From: Bacteroidota bacterium
GTDB lineage: Bacteria > Bacteroidota > Bacteroidia > Bacteroidales > SZUA-534
Direction of reading: 5' to 3'
DNA: 64,000 bases
Assembly (NCBI GenBank): GCA_003250355.1
Contig: QKGS01000078.1
Span: 616-64,615, forward strand
Positions within the stretch are counted from its first letter, which is position 1, and each line of letters opens with the position of its first letter. A program made the position numbers and the translations under genes. A model generated the notes under the pieces. The model searched no databases. It was not told the origin of the DNA and saw nothing but the letters and a program-made list of their open reading frames with translations. Positions 1-8,867 of the stretch are shown one piece after another.

Positions 1-227
1 ATTGCGCCAGTAAGGTTTTGGGGATTATTTATTTTGTTAGAGTTAATCACTTACTTTTAATTTTTCAGGCGGTTAATATATATAAAATATGGTTAAAGCG
101 AGAATTTTTGGTTGGGGTAAATGTTTCATAATCTTAAAAATCTGTCGCCATGATACCAACATATTAATAATAAGCATTAACTTTGTATCGTTATTCGTTT
201 GTATTACGTATATAAGACAAAAAAGTC

Positions 228-413
228 ATGGCAAAACCATTTACAGATACTCCTATTCTAAAAGGAAAAGATGCCGAAAGTTTTTTGGCCAATCTTGCTG
301 AGACTTTGCAGGACTTTTCTTCTGAACAAAAAATAAAGGAAAAAGATGCAAAACTCAAGAAGATGAAAGAAAGCTTTGATTTCCTTAGTACTATTTCAAA
401 TGACGTTTTCTAA
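228..413 (+). CDS. 61-aa protein, candidate antitoxin/partner of the downstream GNAT enzyme
   Basis: ATG ORF whose stop (411-413) overlaps the ATG at 400 of the next gene by 14 nt, suggesting translational coupling. The C-terminal half is K/E-rich. I see no RHH/DUF1778-type signature. Confidence 0.45.
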   Translation: MAKPFTDTPILKGKDAESFLANLAETLQDFSSEQKIKEKDAKLKKMKESFDFLSTISNDVF

Positions 414-957
414 AGATATATTTCCTCCCAATACAAAACTATCAAGATTAACACAGGATTATACTATTAAGCCTTTTTCTTGTGGTGATGCAAGTTTAAA
501 CAGTTTCTTAACAGAAAAAGCAAAAATATACCAACAACATCTTCTTACTGTTACTAATATATTAGATTGTGATGATTGTACTATTGCATTCTATTCTGTA
601 TCAAATGACCTTTTAAGAATTGGTGCAAATATTTCCAGAGAATTTAAAAGTTTTCTTAGGCAAAATATATCAAACCAAATTCTGTATGAGTTACTGGACT
701 GGGATACATTTCCTGCGGTGAAATTAGATATGTTCGCTGTTCATGAAAACTTCCAAAGGTCAAAAATAGGTACTGTTCTTATGGAATCTATTTTGTATAA
801 TTTCAGGACAAATAATAAAACAGGGTGCTTCTTTGTTACTGCCGATGCTTTAAATACAAAGGAAGCTATTGCTTTTTATGAATCTCACGACTTTAAATTT
901 CTTTCGAAATATGACCCGTCTAAAAAATCGGTATTGATGTATCGGTCACTACTTTAA
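400..957 (+). CDS. GNAT-family acetyltransferase, TacT/KacT-like toxin-type
   Basis: Has an N-terminal FSCGDASLNSFLTEKA motif typical of GNAT toxins, a QRSKIGTVLM acetyl-CoA loop and a C-terminal AFYESHDFKF motif. The internal ATG at 400 is preferred over the ORF-track start at 376. Confidence 0.7.
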   Translation: MTFSKDIFPPNTKLSRLTQDYTIKPFSCGDASLNSFLTEKAKIYQQHLLTVTNILDCDDCTIAFYSVSNDLLRIGANISREFKSFLRQNISNQILYELLDWDTFPAVKLDMFAVHENFQRSKIGTVLMESILYNFRTNNKTGCFFVTADALNTKEAIAFYESHDFKFLSKYDPSKKSVLMYRSLL

Positions 958-1019
958 TAGAATTAAACCGTCTTTTTTACAGCAGAAACTTTTCATAAAG
1001 GCATGAGTGCGTGGGCAAA

Positions 1020-1088
1020 AACAGCTCTTTACAGTTTTGTTTTACCTTTCAAAACAATACTCTCAAAACAAAACTGTAATGTGCTGTT
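1020..1088. repeat. long hairpin: 15-bp perfect stem plus 6-bp outer stem, 21-nt loop
   Basis: ttacagttttgtttt (1029-1043) is the exact reverse complement of aaaacaaaactgtaa (1065-1079). The outer pair is aacagc (1020-1025) / gctgtt (1083-1088). A locally GC-rich patch follows at 1089-1140. Confidence 0.6.
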
Positions 1089-1171
1089 GCGGGGTGTGGG
1101 TTTAATTTTGCACTAAAGTTTCTTAACAGCGGCGCGCGGGGAAAAACAAAATAAATTGATTCGGATTTGCA

Positions 1172-1408
1172 GTGAAGTTGAAGCGAGATAGTTGGTTTTT
1201 AGTCTCTCTTCTCGGCTTGCATACAACACAAATGTATGTCCAATGTTTAAAATACTCACCATGTTTGTTCAATTTTATTCCAAATTCTGAACACTATCCG
1301 TTTTCAATAATTAAAATAGATATGACAGATTACATATCATCAACCTATTTTGTAAAAGTTTTATCAGAAAACCAACCGGTTAATGAATTTAAAATAATTA
1401 AACTGTAG
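1172..1408 (+). pseudogene. possible orphan remnant of a T9SS C-terminal sorting domain
   Basis: The ORF tail FNFIPNSEHYPFSIIKIDMTDYISSTYFVKVLSENQPVNEFKIIKL resembles the last strands of Por_Secre_tail domains (compare the ends of the two large PKD proteins). No cargo domain lies upstream, and the match is short and degenerate. Confidence 0.25.
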
Positions 1409-1700
1409 AGGCGCACGACCAATGTCGTTAAGTTAAGGTATTTAACGTTCACCCTCCTAACCTCCCTCAAGGGAGGACTGTTTCAAATTAGCTTCAGTGC
1501 TAAATCGGAGCTGTATCCTTGAACTTTTTTGAATCACATTCAAAAAAGTTAGCACTAAGCATTTATGCATTAATCCGCAACAAAAAAATCATTTATTAAA
1601 ACTACCATTTTTATAAAAATTATTAACTTGCAATCTTTTACCAAATTACATATAAACAATATACTTTTGTTATTTGTTAATTAACCTAAATATTTTTACC

Positions 1701-4700
1701 ATGAGCAAAAACTACATTAAACAAACAAAAAAAGCAATTATAACTATACTTGCTGCTTTTATTATGCTTTTATCTATAAATATAAAAGCAGGTACTACAC
1801 CCACTCAAACCACTCCGGTAGGTTGGGAGTTCTACAACTCCAGCAATGGATTTTACGATTCCATAACCCATATTACTATCCAACAATTTAATGGATACAA
1901 GGGTACTGGTGAATTTATATCCTTCGCAACCAATAAAGGCTTACTTATTGCCAATTATGACTCCAATACATTTACCTATACTACACTAATTGATTCACTT
2001 AATAGCATTGCAACTATTGTCCCCAAAGACAATAGCAATGAAATATGGCTTGCCAATAATAATGGCTCTATTGTAAAAATAGCTAACATTGAATCAACCC
2101 CCGAATATTCTGTATTAAGCAGCCAACCAACAGGCACATACACTACTTGCTCATTTTACAGCTATGAAAATAATTTTATTTATTTTGGTTCTAACTCTAA
2201 TAATGGAGTTGCAGCTTACTATACTAATGATTCAGATCCGTCTCCACAGATTTTATTTAATACTCAAAACATAAATGACATAATTTCCGAAGGTTTTACT
2301 AATATTCTTTTAGCTTTCGACGATAGCTTAGGGTATATCAGTGGAGATTCTTTCCCTTCTGGAGGTATGGTTAATAAAAGTGCTTTTGCCGGAATAAAAA
2401 ATATGTGCTATGTTCAATTTGACTCACAAACTCTATGGTATTCTACTGCCGACTCACTATATGTATATAACTATGATTCTAAAGAAACAACCCACATACC
2501 CGAAGCTCAAAAAATTGGTTCTATTGTTGATATAATTAACTATAATAGCGACATTTGGATAGCCGGTAAAAAAGGTTTGTTAAAATATACATATAACCCA
2601 TCAAAAAGTACTCCCAATGGCTTTACTTCCGAATTATTTACCCGTGCCGATGGTTTACCCAATGCCGATATAACAAGTATAATAGCAACAAACTCAGGTA
2701 AAATAATTATTGGTACTAACGGTGCCGGCATTGTAACAATATCGCCTACTGAACAATTAAATGTATATGCATATAAAACAACCGGATTAAATGCTAATGT
2801 ATCTGTCAATTTAGATTATTATAACTCTGATAGTATTGTTTTTACTACAAATTATGGAGACAATAATACTAAGGATACTATAATTTATTATAATTATTCC
2901 TATTCCGAAAATTACACCTACCGAACACCCGGCACATATAAAGTATGTGTTAGCGCTCTGACAAATGATGGCATATCAGCAAGCAATTGCACCTATGTAA
3001 CTGTCGATGACGGTAGTAATAACACATTCGCCGACTTTTTAATAGAAGGAATAATAGGCGATGGAGTTTACTTAAATAATAAATCGAGGTCAACCGGCAC
3101 CCCAAAATACAAATGGGAAATGGGCGATGGAACTATTTACACCGACTCGGTAAATGTAATGGGACACAAATACCCCGCAAACGGCAAATACACCATTACA
3201 CTCAATTTATATAACACATCAACCGGCGAAGTAACTTCCGCTTCAAAAGAAATAGAAATATATGGTTCGCCCAATATAGTAACAGCCCCTTTTGCTTCTT
3301 TTGGACATAAAATAACCGATAAAAGAATATCGCTTATTAATAACTCCACAGGTAATATTACCGGCTACCATTGGGATTTCTGCGACGGATATACATCAAC
3401 ACTTAAAAACCCCTCGCATACATTTGCCAAACCGGGTATTTACAACATAATACTTTATGCTTACGACACTGTCAATAATAAAGTAAGCCGAGCAGCTAAC
3501 AAAATTGAGATAATCGATACCGTTCCTCAATGTAAAGTATGGTGTAATTATATTCCCGACACCAAAATAAGTGTAACAGTAATACCTCCAAGCGTATCGG
3601 TTGACCTCAATATTGTATTTGCAGGCAAGGCAACCGGCGGTACCGACTTATATTTCTGGGACTTTGGCGACGGCCAGTATGCATCGGGTATTAATCTCGA
3701 TACACTTGTTCATAAATATACAAAACCGGGTGTTTATGAAGTATCGCTTACTGCTCGTTCGTCAGACCCTAAAAACCCTGCCTTCGGCAAATACACTCAA
3801 AAAGTGATTGTATCAGCTCCCGATTTAAGTAGTTACCCCAATGCTCCAACACTTGCCCAGTTCTGCAATGCCGATTTCTCACCATTTGTATATGGAAACA
3901 AACTGGCGTTAATTAATAAAAGTAAATTCCCTAAAGGGCTTATAGTTTCGTACCGTTGGGACTTTGGCGACGGCTCTTATTCAACCAATATTAATGCCGT
4001 TCATACTTACAGCAAACCGGGTGTATACAAAGTAAAACTTACAGTAAGCGGTCCTGCTATTTCAGAACTAATGGATACATACACACAAACCATACGTATA
4101 GCTCCCGACAATACCGCTGTATTTAGTGCCGATTTCAGCTACTTTACCGATGGTACTAAAGTGTACTTCACCGACGACAGCCAGGGCGACGTAACTCACT
4201 ATTCGTGGTACTTTGGCGACCGTCAGGGACACGCCACTACCAAACAGGCTGTTTACAACTTCAAAGAACCGGGATACTATACCGTTGTTCACCGTATATA
4301 CAACAGTGAAACAGGACTAATGGACGAAGTAAGCAAAGAAATAGTTGTAAAATACGATGAAAGCAATATAAAAGCCGACTTTGTGTTCTTTAGCCACGAC
4401 AATATTAACTATAAGTTCATGTCGCGTTCTATTGGCGAACCCGATTCATACTCGTGGGATTTCGACAATGGATACAACTCTAATGAAGAAAACCCGTCGC
4501 ATAAATTTACCGAACCAGGTTATTACAACGTATCGCTTACTGTAGCTCAATATGGTGCTGCCGATACCATATTGAATACTATCACTAAAAACGTGTATGT
4601 ACCTGCCAATACAAAATCGGACAACAACATTGTTATGGCCGACTTTGTAAGCTCTGCATCTACTATCGACTCTACTGTTACTTTCAACAATCGTAGCCTG

Positions 4701-6137
4701 GGTAATGTTACCGGTTTGTATTGGGACTTTGGCGACAACACCACTCCGGTTAATACTCAAAACCCTGTGCATGAGTACGCTCAAAGCGGATATTACAATG
4801 TTTGCCTCACTGCACGTAGTACTACACATCAGAACACAAATTGCAAAACCATAGCAGTAGGCGATATTACAAGCAAGCACTCTGCACTCTTCACTTACTT
4901 TGTTGATGCTACAAAAAATTTGGTTGTATTCGACAATAAATCGGCAGGTAACATCGTCGGCTATAAGTGGAACTTTGGCGATGGTGTAACATCAATGGAA
5001 GAACAGCCGTCACACACATACACAAAGGTTGGTTACTATGCTGTATGCCTTACTACAACATCGGCTTCGGGAGCAAGTAAAACATTCTGTCAGGACATTA
5101 ATATAAATGCCGCTGATATTGACACTTGTACATACAACTGTGTATGGCCGGGCGATGCTAACCACGACCTTGAAGCAAACCATTACGATATACTTACCAT
5201 AGGTATGAACTATGGTATGGAAGGCCCTGCACGTAAAAATGCATCGAACAATTGGAAAGGACAAAACTCACAACCTTGGGCCAATTATCAGCTAGACAGT
5301 ACCAACAATATGCATGGCGACTGTAACGGCGACGGTATTATTAACCTCAACGATACATTGGCTATTCGACAAAACTTTGCATTCAGCCACTCCCCTAATG
5401 CGGAAGAATTTACCAAAGCCGGCGAATGGACTCTTACTGCCGAAATAAGCGAAATAGTTCCAACAAAAGGAGCAGCCACTACCCGAGTAGTACGCTCTAT
5501 ACTTTCCGAACCAAGCGACAAAGCAGAAAACGAAATATATGGTCTTGGTTATGAACTGGAACTTGTTGGTGTTGAAGGCATAAACTGGAACGGTATTGTT
5601 GTCGATTTTAATGGCTCAATACTATCACAAACCGCTAACGATATTATTACTTTCTATACTGTCGACATAGCTAAAAGCACCATTTACATAAGTTTATGTA
5701 AAAACGACCAACAAAACATTTCACAATCGGGTGCTGTTGCTACCATTTACCTCCCATTCCCCGATGGCGGTGGTGAGAATATTGAAGTTATTATTACCAC
5801 CGATGGCGGTATTGAAGCCAATGGTACCGATGTTCCGGTTAAGGGTGGCACATTCTACATAAGCAGCCCCGACAAACAAGTGGAATCGACTTTTGTAACA
5901 GTGTATCCTAACCCTAACAATGGTCAATTCAATGTATCGGTTTACTCCAACTCTGCGCAAAATATAAATATTGACGTTTTAAATATTATAGGTCAGCCGG
6001 TATTATCACTCCAGCAAAATATTGAACACGGATTAAACGAAATACCTGTTGTTTCGGGTGATATTGCTCAGGGTATTTATAATGTAAAAATAACAGTAGG
6101 CGAAAACACTATTGTAAAACGAATTATAGTACAATAA
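1701..6137 (+). CDS. large T9SS-secreted surface protein: Reg_prop-like beta-propeller region, about 8-9 PKD domains, dockerin-like and cohesin-like module, T9SS CTD
   Basis: Signal peptide MSKNYIKQTKKAIITILAAFIMLLSINIKAG. The WDFGDG / PGxY...V motif recurs about every 85-90 aa. DCNGDGIINLNDTLAIRQNF is a Ca-binding dockerin-type loop. The C-terminus VYPNPNNGQFNV...GIYNVKITVGENTIVKRIIVQ is a T9SS sorting domain. Confidence 0.9.
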   Translation: MSKNYIKQTKKAIITILAAFIMLLSINIKAGTTPTQTTPVGWEFYNSSNGFYDSITHITIQQFNGYKGTGEFISFATNKGLLIANYDSNTFTYTTLIDSLNSIATIVPKDNSNEIWLANNNGSIVKIANIESTPEYSVLSSQPTGTYTTCSFYSYENNFIYFGSNSNNGVAAYYTNDSDPSPQILFNTQNINDIISEGFTNILLAFDDSLGYISGDSFPSGGMVNKSAFAGIKNMCYVQFDSQTLWYSTADSLYVYNYDSKETTHIPEAQKIGSIVDIINYNSDIWIAGKKGLLKYTYNPSKSTPNGFTSELFTRADGLPNADITSIIATNSGKIIIGTNGAGIVTISPTEQLNVYAYKTTGLNANVSVNLDYYNSDSIVFTTNYGDNNTKDTIIYYNYSYSENYTYRTPGTYKVCVSALTNDGISASNCTYVTVDDGSNNTFADFLIEGIIGDGVYLNNKSRSTGTPKYKWEMGDGTIYTDSVNVMGHKYPANGKYTITLNLYNTSTGEVTSASKEIEIYGSPNIVTAPFASFGHKITDKRISLINNSTGNITGYHWDFCDGYTSTLKNPSHTFAKPGIYNIILYAYDTVNNKVSRAANKIEIIDTVPQCKVWCNYIPDTKISVTVIPPSVSVDLNIVFAGKATGGTDLYFWDFGDGQYASGINLDTLVHKYTKPGVYEVSLTARSSDPKNPAFGKYTQKVIVSAPDLSSYPNAPTLAQFCNADFSPFVYGNKLALINKSKFPKGLIVSYRWDFGDGSYSTNINAVHTYSKPGVYKVKLTVSGPAISELMDTYTQTIRIAPDNTAVFSADFSYFTDGTKVYFTDDSQGDVTHYSWYFGDRQGHATTKQAVYNFKEPGYYTVVHRIYNSETGLMDEVSKEIVVKYDESNIKADFVFFSHDNINYKFMSRSIGEPDSYSWDFDNGYNSNEENPSHKFTEPGYYNVSLTVAQYGAADTILNTITKNVYVPANTKSDNNIVMADFVSSASTIDSTVTFNNRSLGNVTGLYWDFGDNTTPVNTQNPVHEYAQSGYYNVCLTARSTTHQNTNCKTIAVGDITSKHSALFTYFVDATKNLVVFDNKSAGNIVGYKWNFGDGVTSMEEQPSHTYTKVGYYAVCLTTTSASGASKTFCQDININAADIDTCTYNCVWPGDANHDLEANHYDILTIGMNYGMEGPARKNASNNWKGQNSQPWANYQLDSTNNMHGDCNGDGIINLNDTLAIRQNFAFSHSPNAEEFTKAGEWTLTAEISEIVPTKGAATTRVVRSILSEPSDKAENEIYGLGYELELVGVEGINWNGIVVDFNGSILSQTANDIITFYTVDIAKSTIYISLCKNDQQNISQSGAVATIYLPFPDGGGENIEVIITTDGGIEANGTDVPVKGGTFYISSPDKQVESTFVTVYPNPNNGQFNVSVYSNSAQNINIDVLNIIGQPVLSLQQNIEHGLNEIPVVSGDIAQGIYNVKITVGENTIVKRIIVQ

Positions 6138-6171
6138 ATATAACCGGCATACCGCTTAAAAATAAAAAAAA

Positions 6172-6202
6172 AGAGCTTCGATAATTCGGAGCTCTTTTTT
6201 TT
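6172..6202 (+). terminator. intrinsic terminator
   Basis: agagcttcg-ataatt-cggagctct stem-loop followed by a T8 run. Confidence 0.75.
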
Positions 6203-6284
6203 GTGGACTTATTTCATTTCTTAATTTTGCACTTCATTTTTTGTGATAAAAAAAAATAATCATAAACTAAACTTTTACTGAGGC

Positions 6285-7781
6285 ATGAATCAGGAAAACA
6301 ACAATTCTTCTTATAAGGAAAGAAGAAAAAAAGCAAAAGAATTTAGCAGCCGTCAAGATTATCTTGAACATGAGTTGCAAATAATGAAGTTTAAACGTTG
6401 GAGACCCAACCTCCCAATGCGCGACTTTAACATTGAACTTGAAGACCTAGTACCTGCAATAGCAGCAACAATAGGTAAAATAGTAATGGTGGCGGCAATG
6501 GTTGCTGCATTTGCAGTAGAATTTAACTTATTTGGTGGCGACCCATCATTACGTAATGCATTTATTGCCGAAAACGTTCGTTGGGAGTTACTAATTGCCG
6601 GAGGTATTTTTGTAATCCTGTTTTCAGGCATACTTAATCCTAATGCAAACCTTGCAGGAACACACGGCCCTATGATTCCTCTTATTGCAATGATAGCTGC
6701 AGCCGGAGGTCACCCTCTTGCACTTGGGGTTATGGTAGGTGTATTTGGTATGTTTTTAGCTATAACCAAAGGTGGTTCAAAACTAATGAATTTAACAGGA
6801 GTAGGTGTTAGAGCCGGTTTGTTAATATTCCTTGGAGCAACCGGATTATTGTCGCAAATTAAAGCTTTTGGTATTTGGTCGGCTGGTGAGGCAGGACTTG
6901 CCGGAGCTAATGCCGGACCAATTTCATTTGTAGTAATTGGCGTTACAGTTATTGTTTACGCTCTTCTTGCCCGTATTGGTAAACGTTGGCTTGCTATTCC
7001 GTTATGTTCGGCTATTGCAGGGCTTGTAGCCTTTGTTATGGGTGCCGACTTTGCTTTTGTTACCGCTCCCGGATTACCTCACTTTGACCCAACATGGTGG
7101 TGGGGAGAAACTACCGGATGGACATTAGGCTGGCCGGGCTTAAAAGAGTTCCTTGCAGTAACTCCGTTCGCTATTCTTGCTGTAGCTATGTGGACTCCCG
7201 ATTATTTAGGCCACCGCGTATTTCAGGAACTTAACTACCCTAAAAAAGCTAAAGATGTACTTATGGATATTGACGATACTATGACTGTAACATCTATCCG
7301 TCAGGCTGTTGGTGCTTTCCTTGGTGGTGGTAACTTAGCCTCTTCGTGGGGTACATATATGATTCCTGCCGCTATTGCAAAACGCCCAATACCCGGAGGT
7401 GCCATTCTTACAGGTATCTTATGTGTTCTTGCCTCTGTTATTGGTTATCCTATGGACTTAGCTATGTGGGCTCCGGTATTGCGTGTAGCTCTTATTGTAG
7501 GTGTATTCTTACCATTGCTTGAAGCCGGTATGCAAATGGTTCAGGAGCATAAAGATGCTTTAAGTGCCGGTACTTGTATATTTGCTAGTGCATTTGTAAA
7601 CCCTGTGTTTGGCTGGGCTCTTACTATGTTGCTCGACAATATGGGGCTTATTGGCGACCCTGAAAGAGCTAAAGAACTTAAACTAAGCGAAAAACTAATT
7701 ATCCCCGGTATTATGTTTATTATTTGTGTTGTTTCACTTGCACTGGTGGGACAGCTTCCGGGTATTAAAGGGATATTCTAA
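6285..7781 (+). CDS. multi-pass inner-membrane protein, putative transporter/permease (family not recognised)
   Basis: 498 aa with 10 or more hydrophobic segments rich in G/A (NLAGTHGPMIPLIAMIAAAGG...) and a charged cytoplasmic N-terminus. Confidence 0.55.
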   Translation: MNQENNNSSYKERRKKAKEFSSRQDYLEHELQIMKFKRWRPNLPMRDFNIELEDLVPAIAATIGKIVMVAAMVAAFAVEFNLFGGDPSLRNAFIAENVRWELLIAGGIFVILFSGILNPNANLAGTHGPMIPLIAMIAAAGGHPLALGVMVGVFGMFLAITKGGSKLMNLTGVGVRAGLLIFLGATGLLSQIKAFGIWSAGEAGLAGANAGPISFVVIGVTVIVYALLARIGKRWLAIPLCSAIAGLVAFVMGADFAFVTAPGLPHFDPTWWWGETTGWTLGWPGLKEFLAVTPFAILAVAMWTPDYLGHRVFQELNYPKKAKDVLMDIDDTMTVTSIRQAVGAFLGGGNLASSWGTYMIPAAIAKRPIPGGAILTGILCVLASVIGYPMDLAMWAPVLRVALIVGVFLPLLEAGMQMVQEHKDALSAGTCIFASAFVNPVFGWALTMLLDNMGLIGDPERAKELKLSEKLIIPGIMFIICVVSLALVGQLPGIKGIF

Positions 7782-7793
7782 ATTTGAATCTAT

Positions 7794-7822
7794 AAAAAGC
7801 TGTCTTATGACAGCTTTTTTTA
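7794..7822 (+). terminator. intrinsic terminator
   Basis: agctgtc-ttat-gacagct stem-loop followed by a T7 run. Confidence 0.75.
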
Positions 7823-7909
7823 TCCCCTTTTGCAATCGATAATAATAACGTGAGTTCGATGTGAAGAATTACTCAATGTATTGATATTCTGACCTTTGCA
7901 ATTATAGCT

Positions 7910-7973
7910 TTTTAGTATCAAGTATCAAGATATGTGTAGTTTTTTACTTTGTACTTGATACTTGATACTAAAA
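7910..7973. repeat. perfect 20-bp inverted repeat built from tandem heptamer AGTATCA (x2 per arm), 24-nt spacer
   Basis: ttttagtatcaagtatcaag (7910-7929) is the exact reverse complement of cttgatacttgatactaaaa (7954-7973). Confidence 0.85.
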
Positions 7974-8052
7974 TCACACATTAGGATATAAATGATAAAA
8001 AAAATAGCACAACCCATTGACCACTAGAATAAATTTTTATCTTTGCTTTGCA

Positions 8053-8742
8053 ATGAATATTATTAAGAACAGCACCTATATTATTTTATCGTCTTTATTA
8101 CTCCTTGGAGGATGTAAAAGTATAAAGAAAGAATTTCTCTGCGATGAAGGAGAAATAACATATACCGTTGAGTATTTAGAAAGTGCAGAATCGAACCCTC
8201 TTATCAGCCTTCTTCCCGAAGAACTCAAAATGATTTTCAAAAACGACAATATCTCAATGAATGTTGAAGGATGGATGGGTATATTTAAATCGGGATTTTT
8301 ACGTACCGGCCGAGATAAAAACATTTTCACCCTCATGAAGGTTCTTAATAAAAAATACTACTATAAAAATATCGATTCAAATAATTTTATGGGGCTTACT
8401 TCATACTTAAATATCGAAGTTCAGTTCGACGACTCCACAAAAAGAATTTGCGATATATGCTGCAAACACGCCATAGTGAGAGTCCCTTCAAAAGACCTTA
8501 TATTCGATGTATTTTATACAACTGAAATAGACATAAAAGATGCTAATTTCGGAACCCCTTTTGCTCAAATTCCGGGTGTTCTTATGGAATTTCAACTAGA
8601 TATGAACAATATTCCTATGCATATAACTGCATCGGAAATAAAGTATATAGATATAGAAAACAACATTTTCGATATCCCCGAAGGATATGAATGCGTTGAC
8701 AAAGAAATTGTTGATGAGCTTATTGCAAGCTTGCTTAATTAA
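8053..8742 (+). CDS. lipoprotein of unknown function (possibly GLPGLI-family-like)
   Basis: Lipobox signal MNIIKNSTYIILSSLLLLGGC. The FAQIPGVLMEF motif loosely resembles the GLPGLI motif, so the family call is weak. Confidence 0.5.
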   Translation: MNIIKNSTYIILSSLLLLGGCKSIKKEFLCDEGEITYTVEYLESAESNPLISLLPEELKMIFKNDNISMNVEGWMGIFKSGFLRTGRDKNIFTLMKVLNKKYYYKNIDSNNFMGLTSYLNIEVQFDDSTKRICDICCKHAIVRVPSKDLIFDVFYTTEIDIKDANFGTPFAQIPGVLMEFQLDMNNIPMHITASEIKYIDIENNIFDIPEGYECVDKEIVDELIASLLN

Positions 8743-8867
8743 AAATCTTACCTGTTTATATCTTTTTCATAATCTTACTCTTATCATACATTAATTGTTG
8801 AAAGAATATCGTTATTAAGTATTGAACCTTGGTAACGAAATGTTATTTTTGCCAAAAAAAGGAGCAA

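Noticed and set aside
89-301. 70-aa ORF overlapping the start of the small TA-partner gene
   Set aside because: Its composition resembles AT-rich non-coding sequence (C/K/I/F-rich), it overlaps a better-supported coupled gene pair, and it has no motifs.
4446-4880. Antisense ORFs inside long genes (for example 4446..4880, 34570..34962, 40549..40842, 48467..48904, 52019..52378)
   Set aside because: They lie entirely within, and opposite to, genes with strong family signatures. Their composition is odd (Cys/Ser/Ile-rich) and typical of shadow ORFs.
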